64,000 nucleotides of DNA from Candidatus Binatia bacterium. Its GTDB lineage: Bacteria > Desulfobacterota > Binatia > UBA9968 > JAJDTQ01. This document shows, one piece after another, positions 40,027 through 48,299 of the stretch. The notes beneath the pieces were generated by a model. The model ran no database searches. It saw only the letters and a program-made list of their open reading frames with translations, and had not been told where the DNA came from. The stretch is from positions 1 through 64,000 of the forward strand of contig OY762897.2 of NCBI GenBank assembly GCA_963666515.2. The letters are read 5' to 3'. Numbering within the stretch: position 1 is the first letter of the stretch; every line of letters begins with the position of its first letter. A program made the position numbers and the translations under genes.

Positions 40027-41154
40027 TCAGAGGCCGTAGAATTTCGCCGGATTGTCCGCCAGTATCTTCTCGATGATGCGGGGCGGAACGTCCTCGCGTT
40101 GCCGCATGACGTCCACCATTCGCGGCTCGTTGGCGGGGTCGGTGTGACCGTAGTCGGAGCCGATGAGGAGGTTGTCCTGGCCGGTGTAGTCGAGCAGGTA
40201 GGGCAGGTCCTCGTCGGCCTCGCAGGCCACGTAGATGCGGTAGTCGCGGAACAGCTCCTCGTTGGTCTCGTGCTTCCACCGGGGGCGCTGGATGGCGTTC
40301 CGGCCGCCCGCGGTCGCGGCTCGGGACTCGCGCCGCAGTAGGTGGATGAGATAGGGGATCCAGCTCGCCTTGGCCTCGATGAAGCCGAACCGCAGGCCGG
40401 GATACCGCGCCGGCAGGTGGTTGGCGACGATGTCCCGGAACGCGAACAGGGGCACCACCACCTGGTTGGCGAACACCGAGCTGATGGCCAGGTCGAACAG
40501 GTTGAGCAACGTGCGGGAGCCGGAGCCCGTGTGGATGCAGATGGGCAGGTCGAGCTTCTCGGCCTCCTCGTAGAGAGGAGAGAAGCAGGGATCGGCGATG
40601 CTGCGGTCGCCTTCCAGGCCGCGCAGGGTGACCCCCACCGCGCCGCCGGCCTTGCCCTTCCGCATCTCCTCCAGCGAGGCGTCCATGGAGTGGAGCGGCG
40701 GCACCACCACCCAGCGGAGCCGCCCACGGGACTTGGACCACACGTCCGCCATCCAGTCGTTGTAGGCCCGGCACAGCGCGGTCTCCAGCTCCGGGTCGTC
40801 GGTGAGGTAGACCAGGAACAGGGTCGGGTAGATGACCTGCACGTCCACGCCCAGCTTGTCCATGTCCGCCAGCCGCGCCGGCACGTCGGTGATCTCCCGG
40901 CAGGCGATGAGCATGTCCTTGCGGCGCGTCTGGCCCTTGGAGCGGGACGGCGTCACCAGCCGGAAGCCGCCCCGGCCCGCGGGCTTGGGAAAGAGGTTGC
41001 CGTCGATCAGCCACAGGACGTTGATGTCCGCGTAGAGCGTATCGTCCGGCACCTCGGTCATCACCGGCCGGCGGGGATGCATGGAAGGCTCCATCAGCTC
41101 CCACATCCCCTCCGACTCGGATATGTGCGTGTCCGCGTCGATCACACCGGGCAT
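40027..41154 (-). CDS. Amidohydrolase_2-family protein
   Basis: DADTH, CIHTG, FIEA and GSDYGH motifs. Confidence 0.88.
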   Translation of the reverse strand: MPGVIDADTHISESEGMWELMEPSMHPRRPVMTEVPDDTLYADINVLWLIDGNLFPKPAGRGGFRLVTPSRSKGQTRRKDMLIACREITDVPARLADMDKLGVDVQVIYPTLFLVYLTDDPELETALCRAYNDWMADVWSKSRGRLRWVVVPPLHSMDASLEEMRKGKAGGAVGVTLRGLEGDRSIADPCFSPLYEEAEKLDLPICIHTGSGSRTLLNLFDLAISSVFANQVVVPLFAFRDIVANHLPARYPGLRFGFIEAKASWIPYLIHLLRRESRAATAGGRNAIQRPRWKHETNEELFRDYRIYVACEADEDLPYLLDYTGQDNLLIGSDYGHTDPANEPRMVDVMRQREDVPPRIIEKILADNPAKFYGL

Positions 41155-41231
41155 GTTGTCCCTCGTTCGGTCAGGTGGGCTGTCCTCGTTCGGATATCGC
41201 CGCCCGAACGGAGATGGGCGACGCGCTCTTG

Positions 41232-42209
41232 CTACTTCTTGAGCGCCTTGCGGATGGCGTCCGCCTCCTTTTCCACGTGGGAGATCACGTTGCTGGCCGA
41301 TTTCACCGCGGTAGCCGCGTCGCCCGGATTGATGGGGGTGCCGCTCTTCTTAGCCCAGTCGGTGAACACCGGGTCGTTCATGGCCTTGACCACGATCTCC
41401 TCCAGCTTCTTCGCCCGTTCGGGAGGGACGCCGGGAGGCAACGCCACCAGCCGCAGGATGCTGCTCAGATACCCCAGGCCCAACTCCTTGGAGGTGGGCG
41501 TGTCCGGACAGGCCCACGAACGTTCTGCCGCCAGGTGGACGATGCAGCGGAGATGACCGTCTTTCGCCAGCGGTCCCACCGTGGAATGCTCGCTCGGGTT
41601 CAGCCAGGTGACGAAGTCGCCCCGCATCAGGCCGGGAACGCTGTCTCCGGTTCCCCGGTAGCCCGTCACCAGGTCGAAGCGCAGCCCCAGGTTCTTGGCC
41701 GCCAGGTAGGACGGCAGCCATCGTCCGGTTCCGATCCCCTCGACTCCCCAGGGCAGCCGGTCCAGCTTCTTGAGATCGTCCAGGGTCTTGTGCGGGGATT
41801 TTCCCGACACGAAGATCGTATAGGCGTCGCTCCCCATGCGGGCGATCCACTGGTATTTGTTCAGGTCATAGCCGGGGTTCTTTGCGGCGGTGATCGTGGG
41901 CGGGATCAGGCCCAGCAGATCGAGAAGCCCCACCGTGTGGCCGTCCGGCTTGGACCGGTACAGGTAGATGGCGCCGCGCCGCCCGCCCGCGCCGGTGACG
42001 TTCTTGACGATGACGCGAACGCCCTTGGGCAGATACTTGTCGAGGCTGCGGGCCAGCGCCCGGCTCATGGCGTCATAGCCCCCGCCCGGCGGAAACTGCA
42101 CCACCCAGTTGATGTTCTTGCTGGGGAAGTCGGCCTGCGCGGGCGCCGCGGCCAGTGTGAAGGCTGCCAGGAAGAAGAACAACCCGGTGAAACGCACGAT
42201 CGCTTTCAT
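41232..42209 (-). CDS. TctC/Bug substrate-binding protein
   Basis: Signal peptide; FPPGGGYD, NVTGAGG and KPDGHT motifs. Confidence 0.88.
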   Translation of the reverse strand: MKAIVRFTGLFFFLAAFTLAAAPAQADFPSKNINWVVQFPPGGGYDAMSRALARSLDKYLPKGVRVIVKNVTGAGGRRGAIYLYRSKPDGHTVGLLDLLGLIPPTITAAKNPGYDLNKYQWIARMGSDAYTIFVSGKSPHKTLDDLKKLDRLPWGVEGIGTGRWLPSYLAAKNLGLRFDLVTGYRGTGDSVPGLMRGDFVTWLNPSEHSTVGPLAKDGHLRCIVHLAAERSWACPDTPTSKELGLGYLSSILRLVALPPGVPPERAKKLEEIVVKAMNDPVFTDWAKKSGTPINPGDAATAVKSASNVISHVEKEADAIRKALKK

Positions 42210-42258
42210 GAGTACCTCCTCATCGTTCTCTAGGAGCCTGTCCGAGTAGTCGAATTTC

Positions 42259-42330
42259 AGGGGGCGACCGCGGGTCGCCCCTACACATGCCCCAGCGGAA
42301 CCCATGTAGGGGCGACCCGCGGTCGCCCTA
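42259..42330. repeat. Inverted pair of GTAG-type REP elements (REPIN-like)
   Basis: GGGCGACCGCGGGTCGCCCCTACA followed by TGTAGGGGCGACCCGCGGTCGCCC. Confidence 0.75.
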
Positions 42331-43215
42331 GGCTTCCGCCTTGACGTTCAGTTCCATCACGCCGATCTTCTCGATCTCTCCCCTGAGCTTGTCGCCGTCC
42401 AGCAGCGTGTGCACCCCGGCCGGCGTCCCGGTGGTGATGAGGTCGCCGGGCCGGAGGGTCACCACGCTCGACAGGAAGCGAATGTGGTCGCGCACGCCAC
42501 AGATCATGTCGCTGGTGTGCGAGGTCATCACCTGCTCACCGTTGTGCCAGGCGCTGAGTTTGAGGTCCTGCGGTTCCGGGATCTCGTCCGCGGTGACGAT
42601 CCAGGGGCCGAGCGGGCTGAAGGTGTCGAAGCCCTTGCGGATGTTGCGGGTGTTCTGCTTGCCGCGGCCCCAGGGGTCGCGCTGGCTGATGTCCCAGCAG
42701 ATGGTGTAGCCGAACACGTAGTCCAGCGCCTGTTCTTCGGTCACTTTCCGGGCGGTCTTGCCGATGACCACGCACAGCTCGCACTCGAAGTCCACGTCGT
42801 GGGAGACCTTGGGGATGATCACCGTGCCGCCCGGCCCGATGATGGACGACACCGGCTTCAGGAAGTCCTGGGACATGTGGTCGTCCTTGTCCGGCAGCGC
42901 CTGGTGGCCGCCGCCCATGCGCGTCTCCATTTCCTTCCGGTGGTCCATGTAGTTCGCCGCCGCCGCCCACAGCGAGGTGGGGTTGTCGATGGGCGCCCGC
43001 AGGGTCACCTGGTCCAGCGGCACCGAGTCGCCCGACCGGATGCATTCATCGACACAGGGTTGGGCGTCCGGGTTGTCGGTCATCGCCTCGATGACCTGGA
43101 CCATGGTGTAGCCCTCCTTGAGAATCCCGGCCGCCACCATGGCCGCGCCCACCGGATAGACCTTGCCGTCCGCCACCACTCCCGCCTGCTTGTCGTCGTA
43201 AGTGCAGAATTTCAT
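42328..43215 (-). CDS. Fumarylacetoacetate hydrolase-family protein
   Basis: DFECEL, KGFDTFSPLGPWIVT and PGDLITTGTPAGV motifs. Confidence 0.92.
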   Translation of the reverse strand: MKFCTYDDKQAGVVADGKVYPVGAAMVAAGILKEGYTMVQVIEAMTDNPDAQPCVDECIRSGDSVPLDQVTLRAPIDNPTSLWAAAANYMDHRKEMETRMGGGHQALPDKDDHMSQDFLKPVSSIIGPGGTVIIPKVSHDVDFECELCVVIGKTARKVTEEQALDYVFGYTICWDISQRDPWGRGKQNTRNIRKGFDTFSPLGPWIVTADEIPEPQDLKLSAWHNGEQVMTSHTSDMICGVRDHIRFLSSVVTLRPGDLITTGTPAGVHTLLDGDKLRGEIEKIGVMELNVKAEA

Positions 43216-43373
43216 ATGGTTGAAGTCCTCCGCGCTGGAATCGTTGCCTTATACCATAACGGGCGAGGGGTGGGACAGCGGAGTGACCGCGCGGCGCGCC
43301 GGGCTTGACACCCGCGCGGAAATGTTCGATCCCGATGGCGTCCCCAGGGGCTCATACCAGCGGGAGGTCCACC

Positions 43374-44189
43374 ATGAAGACGCGAATCCGGCACATTGCC
43401 CTCAACACGGAGAACTGGGACCGGATGGCCCGGTTCTACCAGACGATCTTCGGCATGAAGAAGATCACCACCGGCATGACCGACGAGAAGGGCAACTACA
43501 ACCCCAACCGGGGCCACATCAGCGACGGCGTCATCGGCTTCGCCATGCTGCAGAAGCATCCGGGGAACCAGTCCGGGCTGGACCACTTCGGCTTCGAGGT
43601 GGAGGAGATCCCGCTGGTGCTGGAGCGCATGCGCAACGACTATCCCGAGCTGCTGGTGGCCAAGAGCCTGCCCCACGTGCCGTTCTCCGTGTCCCGCGGC
43701 ACCGACCCCTGCGGCACCCAGTACGACATCTCGCAGAAGGGTGTGGCCAAGGTCCGCGAGGGCTACTTGGAGGACGGCTGGGACCAGCCGCGGCAGATCA
43801 GCCACATCTCCATCCGCTCCAAGCAGCCCGAACGGGTCGCGGAGTTCTACCACAAGGTGTTCGAGTTGGACGCCGGCGAGACACCCGGTCCCGACGGCAG
43901 CTTCCGCATCACCGACGGCAAGGTGGAACTGCTGGTGCGCCCGTGCGACAACTCGCTCTACCGCGGCATGCGCGAGGGGCTCGACCACATCGGCTTCATC
44001 GTGGAAGACCTGGAGCGCACGCGCAAGGAAATCGAGGAGTTGAGCGAGTCCGCCCCCGAGTCAGCGCCCGCCAACCTGGACGCCGGCCGCTTCGGCCCCA
44101 TGACCCGCGCCGACCTGGAAGGCTGCGTCATCGGAGAGTATGCGATGGCCGATCCGGACGGTGTGCTGCTGGATATGACAGAGGCGTAA
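43374..44189 (+). CDS. Two-domain VOC-family protein
   Basis: IRHIAL/GLDHFGF and ISHISI/GLDHIGF repeats. Confidence 0.85.
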   Translation: MKTRIRHIALNTENWDRMARFYQTIFGMKKITTGMTDEKGNYNPNRGHISDGVIGFAMLQKHPGNQSGLDHFGFEVEEIPLVLERMRNDYPELLVAKSLPHVPFSVSRGTDPCGTQYDISQKGVAKVREGYLEDGWDQPRQISHISIRSKQPERVAEFYHKVFELDAGETPGPDGSFRITDGKVELLVRPCDNSLYRGMREGLDHIGFIVEDLERTRKEIEELSESAPESAPANLDAGRFGPMTRADLEGCVIGEYAMADPDGVLLDMTEA

Positions 44190-44195
44190 AGCGCT

Positions 44196-44223
44196 CTCCT
44201 ACGCCGCGTTGCTCAGGGAACTC
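44196..44223. repeat. Imperfect direct-repeat copy of the GMC gene 3' end (island boundary)
   Basis: CTCCTACGCCGCGTTGCTCAGGGAACTC versus CTCTTACGCCGCGCTGCTCAGGAACTC at 46772-46798. Confidence 0.6.
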
Positions 44224-44319
44224 GAACCGCAAACGGCGAAGCTGGAGGGAACCCACGGCCGTCGTCCTCTCCTCGGAGGCTCGACCGTGGCGGCGGTCCC
44301 GAAGATCACCGGGGCTGCA

Positions 44320-44602
44320 TTATGCGGGATCGAAACTGATCCTAAGCTTGGTGCCCGTAGCGCGGGCGATCCTCTCCAGGGTCTGGGTGGACGGATGGAT
44401 ACGGCCGCTCTCCAGGCGGACCACGACCGATTGCGTCGTCTCCATGCGTTCGGCCAACTCGGCCTGGGTCAGTGCAGCACGAGTGCGGGCCTCGATCAGC
44501 ATGTGCGACAACGCGAATTCCGGCTCAAGACGATCATAGGCTTCCCGGTACTCCGGGTCCTTGCTCCATTCCCGGTGCAACTCCGATACCTTAGTTAGTC
44601 AT
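44320..44602 (-). pseudogene. HigA-like Xre HTH antitoxin with a 4-bp duplication after the start codon
   Basis: ATG ACT AAC TAA instead of ATG ACT AAG GTA (TTAG duplicated at 44591-44598); LTQAELAERM..RLESG motif; a TTG at 44580 may rescue expression. Confidence 0.75.
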
Positions 44603-44923
44603 GACCATATCTCCCCGGCGCGCCTGAGCGCCAATGCGATTTCCCGTTTCGGTGTCCGTCGCATTTTCTTGAGGAACGCCCGAGCCACGATCACCCGTCT
44701 GTCCCCGGCGGGGACATAGAGCGCTCGCGACGTGCCTGCACGGCCGCTCATGCGCATTCCCAGAGCGGGCCGGTGAGGTGCCTGACATGGGGCGCGTCCA
44801 TGCGTTCAAGACCAACCGCGGGATCAACTGACAGATGCGCGCGAAGCGCGCCGGCATATCGTGCGGCAACGCCCGCAACTCCGCGTCCACGGTTTCGTTG
44901 GGGGTCTCGACGGTCCATTCCAT
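44599..44923 (-). pseudogene. RelE/HigB (Gp49-like) toxin with two frameshifts
   Basis: Reconstructed frames give PHVRHLTGPLWEMR..RALY..AFLKK..TPKREIALA; single-base losses near 44821 and 44757; ATGA overlap with the antitoxin. Confidence 0.8.
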
Positions 44924-44986
44924 ATTCCGTCACTGTATCGCGTGTTTGCTATGAAGGCGGCCGGAAGGCAACCGGTAGGGATGTCG

Positions 44987-45898
44987 TCAAGCGGCGGTCA
45001 AATGAGGATTGCTTCCGAGCTTGCCACGACTGCAGATAGCTTCGATTGTGTCGGTGCGCCAACACAAACCCAATGCCGCTTCGCTTTCCGATTGCATAGC
45101 ACGACCGCTGTAGCATCCAACGAACTGGGTGCCCTGGCTGCCCCAGATCGCAACGTCGTCTCTATTCCAGAATCCCGGTTCGTCGGGATCAACCTTGCGA
45201 TATGGATCTTTCATATCCCAAGCGCCGTAGTAGCGGGCAAACACCGGGGACCCTGACATGCCGGCTCGCGTTTGCGCGTCTAAGAAGAACGCCGGTATGC
45301 GTGTGCCGCCTGTCAATCCGCCGTACGCCTGCGGCTTTCCGGCAAGGTCGATGTCATAATATGGTTCCGAAGCGATATAGCCTGACTTCCACAACGGCAG
45401 GCCGAAGGCAACGCTAATGGCCTGTGGGAAGCCGATAATGAAGACCGTACATCCGGGCTCAAGCGGTACTTCGTCTTCGCTGATACGGTTTGCCGCGTTG
45501 TGCATGAACTCGGGACATGATTCAGGTCTTGCCATCGGGATCGCAATCACGTCACAAGAAGGGCCTAGGTCAGGATGTTCAAGCCACACCGGATGCTCTC
45601 CGTCATAGAGTCGGATGGGATGTGGCACGATTCCGAACTTTCTGCTGTCAGGATCACCAATCTTGTATGACGACAACTTGGCGGTTAGACTGATGGGTTC
45701 TCGGAATGGATGGATCAATGGTTCGCGGGTCAGGAAATGGCGGCCGCTGACGATGTGCCAATTCGTGATGAGAAACCAGTTTCCGGCCGTCTCGAAGAAA
45801 AAGGCGCTACCTGACGACAGCACCGCCTCATGCTGATCGTGTGTCAGCAATTGTAAGGGGCATTGCGAGTAGGTGCTCCTGATTCCGTACCTTGGCAT
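44987..45898 (-). CDS. Trypsin-like serine protease domain protein
   Basis: ITNWHIV (His), CDVIAI (Asp) and GMSGSPV (Ser); no signal peptide. Confidence 0.78.
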   Translation of the reverse strand: MPRYGIRSTYSQCPLQLLTHDQHEAVLSSGSAFFFETAGNWFLITNWHIVSGRHFLTREPLIHPFREPISLTAKLSSYKIGDPDSRKFGIVPHPIRLYDGEHPVWLEHPDLGPSCDVIAIPMARPESCPEFMHNAANRISEDEVPLEPGCTVFIIGFPQAISVAFGLPLWKSGYIASEPYYDIDLAGKPQAYGGLTGGTRIPAFFLDAQTRAGMSGSPVFARYYGAWDMKDPYRKVDPDEPGFWNRDDVAIWGSQGTQFVGCYSGRAMQSESEAALGLCWRTDTIEAICSRGKLGSNPHLTAA

Positions 45899-46042
45899 AA
45901 CTTCGTCCGCCTTCGTTGGGTACGATCATGTCAGGTCCGACGGCAGGTTTCTGGAGTCAAGGCATCCGGATCCGACTGCGAGTCAACTCGGCGCTCGAAC
46001 AAGTCCAATATCCGAAGGTCCGAAATCGAGTCGAAGAACTGC

Positions 46043-46405
46043 TCAATCACGCACCCGAATTCTCGATTCCTCAACGATCCAGAGTTGGCCGTCGAGGGAG
46101 CCGGCGGAAAGTCGATGAAGAAATCGTGCTCCGATTTCCAGAAGATGGTCGCGTGCTTGATTGTCCAGTCGAAACACGACGATTCCCGGATATGCGCCGG
46201 GCCGATATGTTCGGATGTCCGAGAAGTCACCATCCAGCGTCACGATTGCGCGGCGCTCCTGAACGCAGACGGTCGCCAGATCCGGATCGCTTACGCCGCC
46301 CAGTTGCTGATCGAGAACGGTCACCGCATCGTGACCCGCCCTATTGAACAAGTCCGCCATTTCTGCGGGGAGGTTTTCGTCCAGCTTGAATCGCACCAGG
46401 GCCAT
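46043..46405 (-). CDS. DUF5615 PIN-like toxin (VapC45-like)
   Basis: FKLDENLP, GHDA and IVTLDGDF motifs. Confidence 0.85.
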   Translation of the reverse strand: MALVRFKLDENLPAEMADLFNRAGHDAVTVLDQQLGGVSDPDLATVCVQERRAIVTLDGDFSDIRTYRPGAYPGIVVFRLDNQARDHLLEIGARFLHRLSAGSLDGQLWIVEESRIRVRD

Positions 46406-46408
46406 TCC

Positions 46409-46636
46409 CTACTCGGATAGTGCTACCGTCCGCTCCTTGGCCAACTCCGCGGCGTAGCACACCGCTGCCTGCACGGACTCCCTTGTGATGGAAGGATAGC
46501 TCTTGGTGATTTCCTCTGAATCCAAGCCCGCTGCCAGATTGTTGAGGATGGTGGTGACCAAAACCCGCGTGCCCGTAATGCAGGCCCTGCCGTGGCAGAC
46601 TTCGGGATCGACGGTGATGTGCTCTCGCCAGTTCAT
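46409..46636 (-). CDS. DUF433 antitoxin (VapB45-like)
   Basis: ITVDPEVCHGRACITGTRV..YPSIT motif. Confidence 0.88.
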   Translation of the reverse strand: MNWREHITVDPEVCHGRACITGTRVLVTTILNNLAAGLDSEEITKSYPSITRESVQAAVCYAAELAKERTVALSE

Positions 46637-46774
46637 TTGGCCGGTCCCCCTTTCATATCCTTGGTACGCCAAAACGTCCTCAGTTCCAACAAGGCAATGT
46701 TGGCTAAGTCAAGAGGACCACTTGGGGATCCAGGGACTGCGGCAGCGGATCGCGCCGTGGACCGTCGCCGCCTC

Positions 46775-48286
46775 TTACGCCGCGCTGCTCAGGAACTCCG
46801 CCAGCCGTTCGCCGATCACGTACACGGTGGAGTTGGTGTTGGCGCGCACCACCTCGGGCATGACCGAGGCGTCCGCCACCCACAGGTTGTCCAATCCGTG
46901 GACCCGCAGCCGCTGGTCTACGACCGCGGCCGGGTCGTCGACCGGTCCCATCTTGCAGGTGCCGCTGGCGTGTTGATAGCTGTCGTAGGTCGAGCGCGCC
47001 CAGGTCGCCCAGTCCTCGTCCGGCGCCGGGTTGCGCAGCTCGCCGTAGAACTCCCGCATCGGTGGCGTCCGGGTCAGGTCGCGGATGAACTCCATGGCGG
47101 CGACCATCTTCTCCACGTCCGCGGGGTGCTCCAGCAGCCCGGTTTCAACGGCCGGGAAATCCTTCGGGTCGGCGCTGTTGAGGCGTATTCGCCCGGGCGC
47201 CTCCTGCTCCAGCAGTTGCGCGGACAAGGGGAGCAGGGAGCCGACGTCCTGGATCTTCGTGGGCGGGCGCAGGGTGACGCTGAAGTCGCCGTGGTCCAGG
47301 CCGGCGGCGCTCCGGGCCATGAGCCGGAGCCTCGGCAGGGTCCAGTCCACCTCGAATTCCCTGGCGGCCGCGAAGGTCATGTGGATGGAGGCGTGGTCCT
47401 GGAAGTTCCTCCCCACGCCGTCCAGCGCATGAGTGACCTCGATGCCGAGGGCCTCCAGTTCCGCGGCCGGGCCGACACCCGACAGCATGAGGATCTGCGG
47501 GCTCCGGTACGCGCCCGCCGCCAGCACCACTTGGCCCGCGGTGTCGGTGTGGACCCTTCCGTCCTTCTCGTAGCGCACCCCGTCCACGCGGCTGCCGGAC
47601 AGGGTCAGGCCCAGCACCGGCGCTTCCGCCTTGATGGTGAGGTTCGGACGCGCGCGCGCCGGGTCGAGATGGCTCACCACCGCGGACTGGCGCACGTCGT
47701 CCTTGATGTTGCAGACCCCGGGGCCCACGCCCACGGGATCGGGGAGGTTGGTGTCGGGCAGGCGCGGGATGCCCATCTCCGCGGCGCCGTCGATATAGGC
47801 CCGGACCACCGGGGCGAGGTCGGAGTCCAGGCCGAAGGGGCGCTTGACGTACACCGGCCCGGCGTGGCCGTGGTCGGGGTCGTCCGGGAAGTCCTGGTCC
47901 GCCTCGATCCGTTTCAGCACGCCGTGGACCGTTTCCCAGGACCAGTCGGGATTGCCCGCCGCCACCCACCGGTCCATGTCGTGGCGGAGCGGCCACACCC
48001 AGCCCATGGCGTTGACGGACGAGCCCCCGCCCATGATCTTTCCGGCCATGGGGTAGAACCGGCTGCCGTCGATGGGCCGCTCGACGGTCAACGTGTCGAT
48101 GTAGGGACTCTCGAACCAGAGCCGGTCCCGGCCGCTGGCCAGCCGGACGGTGTCGGGCGCCGGCCGGGGATCCGTCGCGGCCTCCAGCAGCAGCACCTTG
48201 CGGCGCGGATCCTCGCTCAGCCGCGCCGCGGCCACACAGCCCCCGGAGCCGCCGCCGATGATGATGACGTCGTAGTGATCGGACAT
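46775..48286 (-). CDS. GMC oxidoreductase (choline dehydrogenase-like), copy A
   Basis: GGGSGG, GGGSSVNAM, HASGTCKMG and ANTN motifs. Confidence 0.92.
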   Translation of the reverse strand: MSDHYDVIIIGGGSGGCVAAARLSEDPRRKVLLLEAATDPRPAPDTVRLASGRDRLWFESPYIDTLTVERPIDGSRFYPMAGKIMGGGSSVNAMGWVWPLRHDMDRWVAAGNPDWSWETVHGVLKRIEADQDFPDDPDHGHAGPVYVKRPFGLDSDLAPVVRAYIDGAAEMGIPRLPDTNLPDPVGVGPGVCNIKDDVRQSAVVSHLDPARARPNLTIKAEAPVLGLTLSGSRVDGVRYEKDGRVHTDTAGQVVLAAGAYRSPQILMLSGVGPAAELEALGIEVTHALDGVGRNFQDHASIHMTFAAAREFEVDWTLPRLRLMARSAAGLDHGDFSVTLRPPTKIQDVGSLLPLSAQLLEQEAPGRIRLNSADPKDFPAVETGLLEHPADVEKMVAAMEFIRDLTRTPPMREFYGELRNPAPDEDWATWARSTYDSYQHASGTCKMGPVDDPAAVVDQRLRVHGLDNLWVADASVMPEVVRANTNSTVYVIGERLAEFLSSAA

Positions 48287-48299
48287 GGGTTCCTCCTTC

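Noticed and set aside
39978-40727. N-terminal extension of the 1262-aa kinase ORF
   Set aside because: Overlaps the amidohydrolase in another frame; the plausible start is MTNART at 39977.
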